Source: Mytilus edulis (taxonomy: Eukaryota). From it: DNA of 64,000 bases. The translations under genes were made by a program, and so were the position numbers. Positions 57,066-64,000 of this stretch are shown piece by piece. Numbering within the stretch: the stretch's first letter is position 1; the number at the start of each line of letters is the position of its first letter. Location: the NCBI RefSeq assembly GCF_963676685.1, contig NC_092344.1:104532001-104596000 (forward strand), given 5' to 3'. The notes under the pieces were generated by a model. The model was not told where the DNA came from and made no database searches. It was given only the letters and a program-made list of their open reading frames with translations.

Positions 57066-59895
57066 GTTTAAACAATATTTATTCAGATAATTCATCATGA
57101 TACGATATTATACAAAGGAAATAATATTCAGGATTCAGAAACAAGCAATTTGCTTTTACAAATCTGTCTCCTTTACAAAAATATTAGTGATGAAGCATTG
57201 ACATCAAGGGTTAAAACGTTTACTTTTAATAATATATTTCTGCACCAAACTAAATAAAAGACTATTTTGCTCATCTGAGAGTACCGTTGATCCAAAGAGC
57301 AAAGTTTGTGTGTTAACTTGGACAGGAAGAACTGAAACAGAATCCAATAGTTCTTGTCTTAAATTAGTATATATAGGACAAGATAACAGAAAGTGAGAAT
57401 TTGTTTCTACATCACCACAACGACAATTTGGAGAGTCTACTAAGTTACGAAGGAAAAGGTGAGAATTCAATGAGCTTGAATCCACTCTTAAGCGAGCATG
57501 AAGAATTTGACCAAAACGATGTCCTATATAATAATACGCTGGGATCTTACTATTTTGTGTACTAATTTGTTTTTTGAATAATGATAAAGATTCACATTTT
57601 CTTATGTTTAAGTTAAGAGTGTTCCATAGTTTTGTTGTTGCAGGGATGAAATATTCAGAATATAAACGGGTCCGTGTGTTGACTTGTGAAATATTATTTC
57701 TCTGTCTTGTATTATGATCATGCCTACTGCCTACTGAATCAGGCAATAAGTCTCTTAAATACTCTGGAGTTTTATTATTCAAAATTAGTCTGTGATTGCG
57801 TCGTCTTTCAGATAATTTTTCCCATCGAGTTTCAACATATAAATTGTTTATACTGGTAAGTTTAGTACCCCCGTGACGATACGCGCTGCGTCAAGCTGAA
57901 TACTTTCAAGTTGAGCAATCAAATCTGATTTTGAGAGTCCCAAACGACATCGGCATATTCAAGAATTGGGCGAACAAATGATATGTAAATTTTTTCAAGT
58001 CAAAATCTATCAAGAACATTTTTCATTTTTCTCATTATATTTATTCTTTTGTAAGATTTAGAAACTATATATTCAATATGGTCGTTCCAGGATCCGTTGT
58101 TAGAAAAAAAGACACCCAGATGTTTGTGTTTACTTACTGTTTGTAGCTCTTGGGTGTTCATATTTAATGGAGGGTGAAAGAGTCTATTTATTTTTTTTGA
58201 AATTATCATACTTTCAGTTTTTTGGGCATTAAAATTAACAAACCATTTTTTTTACCAATATTATGACAAATCTTATCTAGATCGTCATTAAAATTTTAGC
58301 TGTTTCTGTTGGATTGTCAACCATAATATATAATGAAGTGTCATCTGCGAATAGCTTAATTTGAGCTTGAATGTCTTCTACAATATCATTTATAAATATA
58401 AAAAAAATAGAGGGCCTAGAATGGACCCTTGTGGGACGCCTGCATTTACAGGTAACCATTCGGAACTTGAACCGTTAATAACCACCCGCTGGACTCTATT
58501 TGTAAGATAATTTTCAAACCACCTTAGTAAAGAACCCGGTATGCCCGCTTGTTGAAGTTTAAAAAGCAGTCCCTTATGCCAGACTCGATCAAACGCTTTA
58601 CTTATATCACAGAATACTACCCTTATTTCTTTACCGCTATCTATAGCCTTCCCAAAATCATTCGAAATGTTAATTAATTGATTAACTGCTGAATCCCCCC
58701 GTGTAAAGCCCGACTGATTTTTCGTTAAAATATTATTGCGCATAAAGTGATTGTAAACATGTTTATATACACATCGTTCCATACACTTTGATATTACACT
58801 CAACAAGGAAATAGGTCTATAGTTTTTAACGTCATTCGGTTTACTATTTTTATAAACTGGGGTAACATTTGCTCTTTTCCATTCATCTGGAAAAGTAGAC
58901 GTACTTAACCATGTTAACGATAAGTTAAATAGTTTACATAGTAGATACTTTAAAACAGAAGATGCTTCTTTTAAGATCTTTTAACAATTTGGGACTTATG
59001 AGGTCTGGGCCAGAAGCTTTTGTGGGATTAACAATTTTCAATATATCTTCAACTTCAGTAACAGTAAGTTCTATATAACTAGTGTCATCACTAATATTAT
59101 GAAGTTCTTCAGGTAACACAGCACTTGGATCATCAATATTTGACTGGGAAGAAAAAAATCGATTAAATTCATTTGCCTTTTCGATTTCATCAAATATTAA
59201 GTTGTTATTAACCATTAATGGGGGTACAATTGCGTCGTTTGTTTTTAATCCGGATATTTGTTTAACCGTTTTCCACCAGTTAGTAGTGGACGGGTTACTG
59301 TTCATGATTTTTTTAATTAAATTGTTGTTATAAACATCCTTCGATTTTCTTATTAAACTAGTAACTTCATTTCGTATTTTCTTAAATTTTGACCACTCCG
59401 ATGGGTTATTATATTTTTTAGCCTTTCTGTGGATTCTATTTTTTTTTCCTTATCTTTTTTTTTAACATCATTTGTTAGCCATGGAGGTTCATTTTTACGA
59501 ACAGTTATTATTTTATTTGGAATACATTTTTCAGCAGCTTCTATGATAGTTTTTGTTATTTCGGTTGTAAATTGTTCAACGTTATTTAAGTTAATTACGG
59601 AATCCCAATTTTTTTCAGATAAAATGTTACGATATCTGTCATAGTCTCCTCGATCATATAGCCAAATTTTCCGCTTAAAAGTTTTTTGACGACATTTTGG
59701 AAACTTCAAGACTGATTATAGGACAGTGAAAACGTATTTGGTCTAATAAAGGTGCCCCGACTCCACAGTAATTTATTATGTGAGCATCATTTGTTATAAA
59801 AAGGTCTAACAATGATGACGACGATTCAGTAAAATGAATAGGTTCATCTATCATTTGAGTAAGACTAAATTGGCTTAACAAAGGTGTAATTTTTG
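57066..59895 (-). mobile_element. 5'-truncated CR1-group LINE (end of APE, RT and C-terminal Cys/His motif), multiply frameshifted, nested
   Basis: VFCDISKAFDRVWH, GVPQGSILGPL, LFADD, CRCG..HFLLSC; tail aataaatattgtttaaac; 12-bp TSD AAGACAACATTA at 57054-57065 and 59896-59907. Confidence 0.9.
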
Positions 59896-62567
59896 AAGAC
59901 AACATTATCCTAAAGGTAGACAAAAATAAGACGTGCTTCAAATACATGGTTCGTCATATGTAGCATCCAACTACAAGCCAAATAGTTAAAAAGAACTAAC
60001 CGAGCCCCTATTGCGACAAACTCAACAAAAAACAATGTATACAAATATGGATAGTTCTTTCAATTGACGGTCATCCTTTTAAATTTAGTCATTCTTTATA
60101 AATTACGGTCATCCTTAACAATTTACGGTCATCTTTTAACCAATTACGGTCAGCCATGTTATGAATCGCTAATCCTGTTACGGTCATCTCGATTTCGATT
60201 TACGGTCATCCTCGCGAGTTTTTCAAATCCAAATTCCCGTTTTATACACGTTCCTCGGTAGAGATTTGTGACTTCCGTGTGAATCTTTTATATATTTACA
60301 TCGTATCAAAGTATGCTTTGTAAAGAAAATGATGTAGAAACACCTTAACAGACAATAACAATACTGACCTAATTTTTCATCCGACATCTTGGGATGACCG
60401 TGAATGCAGTTACGGTCATCAGCTTTACCCCAGTGAAGGTGTACTGGGTAAACATATAGTTATACAAACTCCCATCCGATGGTAAGCCTTTGATAGATGT
60501 GTGTTCGTGAAAGTTAATGTAAAGAGATTATATTGTTATAAATTAAGATGTGTTGGGTGACTTTAGTTCTAATTTAAAAGCAAAATGTGTGTTTTTATTA
60601 CAATATACTTTTTATTCCACTCTGTTAGTTTCCGTTTTTCATCCCTCTTGATTTACTTTTAATTTGTAGAAATTGAAAATTGATTCATTGATATTCGTTA
60701 GATGTGTTTGATGTTTTGATTTTGCCATTTTTTACAGGACAGTCTGTTTTGATATCCATTGGAATTCGGTTCTTCTGGTATTTACTTTTTGCCACTAAAC
60801 AATTTTCTGTTACTTTTAACAAAAAAAAAAGTCGACATTTCAATTCTACCTAGTATGTTTCCCTTTAGACCGACTAGTAATGGTAATCGTAAGCAGTTAA
60901 AATTAATACCCCAAAAATATACGAAAAGACAAAACAAATAGCAAATTCTGAAATTTTGTTTTTAGATGAATTTCGGATGGTCTTGTTCTTAAAATTAGTG
61001 AGTGAGAGAGTTAAATGCTGAATTTCATATTTTAGATGAATTGCGGATGGTCTTGTCCTTAATATTAGGGACTCAGAGAGTTGTATGCTGAATTGAACCA
61101 TTTCGAAGTAACCTGCTATCATAATTTTTAGTCAACATTCATATACTTGATATAGGTAAAATAACAACATATATATCCTCTCGACACTATCTCTATGCCT
61201 CTTTTCCTTCACACTAACAAATATAATATCATAATATTCACTTTTTATACCTTTCATTTAATTTCTGTTAAACTATACACCTTTTTAAGTTCCTCTCAAA
61301 TTGTAAAATAGAATGTGTTGAAATAACTAAGTAGGACTTTGCCTGTAGGTCTTGCTTTTAAGTTGGGCATGCATGTATCACGGGGAACTGGTGGATTTTC
61401 GTCTGTTTGTGTGATTATAAATAAATAAAACATGAATATTTATCTATCTTAAAGCATTTTTATGCATGCACAATATCGATTTAATTGCTTCCGACTGAAA
61501 TGCATTTATGAATTTGTTGTTTGAAATTAACTTATCTATTAAATATGTTTCATAAATCAGACATGAAACCATTTTATTACTACTTAAATGTGAACTCATA
61601 AAACATAACATTTAGCTTCATCGTTTTAACATGTAAATCATTAAAAAGAGGGTGTAAGTTTACTACCTTCTGCTCATGGTTAACGTAATGCTGAAAACGG
61701 GTCAATTCGGTTTCAAATAAAACAAGGTTCAAAACAATATATCGATCATAAAAGCGGCTACATAATACATCTTATCTGATCATGATTAAATTATTCCTAA
61801 AGATGCCTCAGTACATTGTGAAAATGTATTAAAAAACGTTGAATCGCAAACTCAAAGTTTGAATATTTTTTACTGCCTTCAAAAGCATGCATCTTTAAAC
61901 TTATACATAAACATTTTCTATATTTCAAAACAAGCGCCGTAGAAATATGACTGTCATCAAAGCGTAAACTGCTTCGTCGCAAACAAGTTTGAAAATAGAC
62001 ACCGTTGGAACTTTCACACGTCGATCCTACTGAATGGCATTGATGTTTTGAGTGCTATCCAAGTACTGGTGCTATTTTAAACAAACTTTCAACCAATGTT
62101 GGCTGCCAAGCTAGATAAACGTGCAATATGAAAAGGTATCAATTAATCAGTATAAACGAAAATAAACAAACACCAAATTATTTTTTCATTTACAGCTAGG
62201 ATACCTTTTTGGTTTGAAGGCATACTATTTTTTTTGGAGTTTTTCATTCCAAAATACTTTCATAAAAACTACTAGTAGATGAAGTGGTGGCTGACACATA
62301 CTATGTCTATCTGCATAGTTCTTTTTTTATGTTAATTTTAATTCATGAAACTAGTTCAAATAGTTGTAATGATTCATTGAACCAGCTAAGTTTAATAGTC
62401 GAGTTAGTCGTCTAGAAAGGGTCAAGTGTCAAAAAGTATCCGCAAGGTGTTTTATTTTACAGAAGTCAAAATTAAAAAAAAATGAAATAAAAAACAAATA
62501 TATTTATCCAAAATGAATGGTATTCTGAAATGCAGATAGCCAAGTGACTATTTCCTCCACCTTTAGT

Positions 62568-62656
62568 CATCTGAAGGGATTTACATGATTTTTTTTTCAT
62601 CTGAAGGGATTTACATGATTTTTTTTTTCATCTGAAGGGATTTACATGATTTTTTT
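62568..62656. repeat. Three ~30-bp tandem units (tcatctgaagggatttacatga plus a T-run)
   Basis: Visible tandem units. Confidence 0.85.
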
Positions 62657-63345
62657 AAAGAAAAGTATGATTACTATGGTTATAGTCTTCATTGTGGTTT
62701 GTCAATAAAAGAGCATCTTATTGAATTCCAAAAAATGCACTCTCTACGGATATTTGATGACAATAACTTAGGGTCAGAACTTTAAAAATTTCCCGAAAAT
62801 CATCGATCGTAAAATATAGCAAGGCATCACAATGCCAATTTAATAAGATTTATCATTGAATACTTCAGTTCTCTATGAAAGTTATGAGCTCTTAAAAGCA
62901 GTGACTAATAGATAGGAAAATGACTAGTAATTTTGTACATGGCCGACTAAAAATACAAAAAGAAATTGTTTATCTTTTATAATAAAAAAACAAAGTCATT
63001 TCACATCTGCATATGACAATAGTGCTAATAAATACATGTACAAATGTATACATAAAAGGTTCCGATTGTTATTTTGTACAAAATGACATCAATACATGTA
63101 ATGATATAATAAATGTTTTTCAAGTAAAATTGGACGATTCGAATCAGCAGAAATTTAAAATCCAGCAATAAAAATGAACGATCTAAATAAAAAAAACATG
63201 TGAAAAACCTGACAGTGAAATATCTTCGAACAGAGGGTAAAAAAGATGATTCTAATGAACTTGATTTCGATGAAATTGAAACCACTATATATAAACATGA
63301 ATTATGGAAACTAAATTGCAAGTATCGTAAACGATGTAAAAAAGA

Positions 63346-63822
63346 TGTGAACTTGTTGCCTTTTGTTGGCTGTTGTTCGTGTGATTCTTTGTCAATTGTG
63401 TGAACTTGTTGCCTTTTGTTGGCTGTTGTTCGTGTGATTCTTTGTCAATTGTGTGAACTTGTTGCCTTTTGTTGGCTGTTGTTCGTGTGATTCTTTGTCA
63501 ATTGTGTGAACTTGTTGCCTTTTGTTGGCTGTTGTTCGTGTGATTCTTTGTCAATTGTGTGAACTTGTTGCCTTTTGTTGGCTGTTGTTCGTGTGATTCT
63601 TTGTCAATTGTGTGAACTTGTTGCCTTTTGTTGGCTGTTGTTCGTGTGATTCTTTGTCAATTGTGTGAACTTGTTGCCTTTTGTTGGCTGTTGTTCGTGT
63701 GATTCTTTGTCAATTGTGTGAACTTGTTGCCTTTTGTTGGCTGTTGTTCGTGTGATTCTTTGTCAATTGTGTGAACTTGTTGCCTTTTGTTGGCTGTTGT
63801 TCGTGTGATTCTTTGTCAATTG
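63346..63822. repeat. Nine identical 53-bp tandem units
   Basis: Unit tgtgaacttgttgccttttgttggctgttgttcgtgtgattctttgtcaattg; 9 x 53 = 477 bp. Confidence 0.95.
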
Positions 63823-63880
63823 TGTTCTCCAATTTATTTATATTGTAGTCCTGTGTTGTCATTTTGATGTTATATTTCAC

Positions 63881-63980
63881 ATGGCCATAAAAGTGCGAGG
63901 TTTGGCATGCCACAAAACCAGGTTCAACCCACCATTTTTTCCTTTAAAAATGCCCTGTACCAAGTCAGGAATATGGTCAT
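63881..63980 (+). ncRNA. Twister-like motif, type-P5 (family 3-related), in a repeat running off the window
   Basis: AUGGCCAUA(P5)..GUGC-GAGGU..CAA-CCC-ACC, P3 CAUUUUU/AAAAAUG, CCUG-UACCAAGU-CAGG-A, UAUGGUCAU(P5). Confidence 0.6.
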
Positions 63981-64000
63981 TGTTATATTATAGTTCGTTT

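Larger units (their letters stand above)
56161..60435. mobile_element. Non-autonomous DNA transposon with CAC...GTG ends, ~240-bp TIRs and a 5-bp TSD (Transib-like), carrying two nested insertions
   Basis: AAGGT at 56156-56160 and 60436-60440; TIR starts CACTGGGGTAAAGCTGATGACCGTAAC; GATGACCGT motifs are repeated subterminally at both ends. Confidence 0.8.

Noticed and set aside
63180-63345. Coding-looking stretch (TEGKKDDSNELDFDEIETTIYKHELWK)
   Set aside because: No recognisable domain, ATG start or splice partners, and it is cut by the tandem array.
63346-63822. Regular repeat array that could be mistaken for CRISPR
   Set aside because: Units are contiguous and identical with no spacers, there are no cas genes, and the context is eukaryotic.

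Overview
AT-rich, intron-containing animal DNA, probably a bivalve such as Mytilus (inferred from the repeat families, not proven). Host genes are all on the minus strand. They comprise a tandem cluster of three Rab43/Rab19-type GTPase genes (one canonical 212-aa gene, one complete divergent 203-aa paralog with identical exon phases and exon 2-4 sizes, and exon 1 of a third) and a 6-coding-exon, ~381-aa single-pass membrane protein. The rest is mobile DNA: a 3.7-kb Kolobok-type transposon (TTAA TSD) in the third Rab promoter, a 5'-truncated Penelope-like (PLE) RT element, a CAC...GTG element with a 5-bp TSD carrying a nested CR1-group LINE and a foldback MITE, a MULE-like MITE, a tRNA-SINE, Helentron-like elements and tandem repeats. 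The main finding is a circularly permuted (type-P5) twister-like ribozyme motif in the 3' UTR of the PLE, where PLEs normally carry hammerheads. About nine copies from at least three otherwise dissimilar repeat families occur in the window. They show compensatory base changes, and stem P1 is replaced by two sequence-variable palindromes, which suggests a dimer-activated ribozyme/retroelement system. All calls were made by eye, without database searches.
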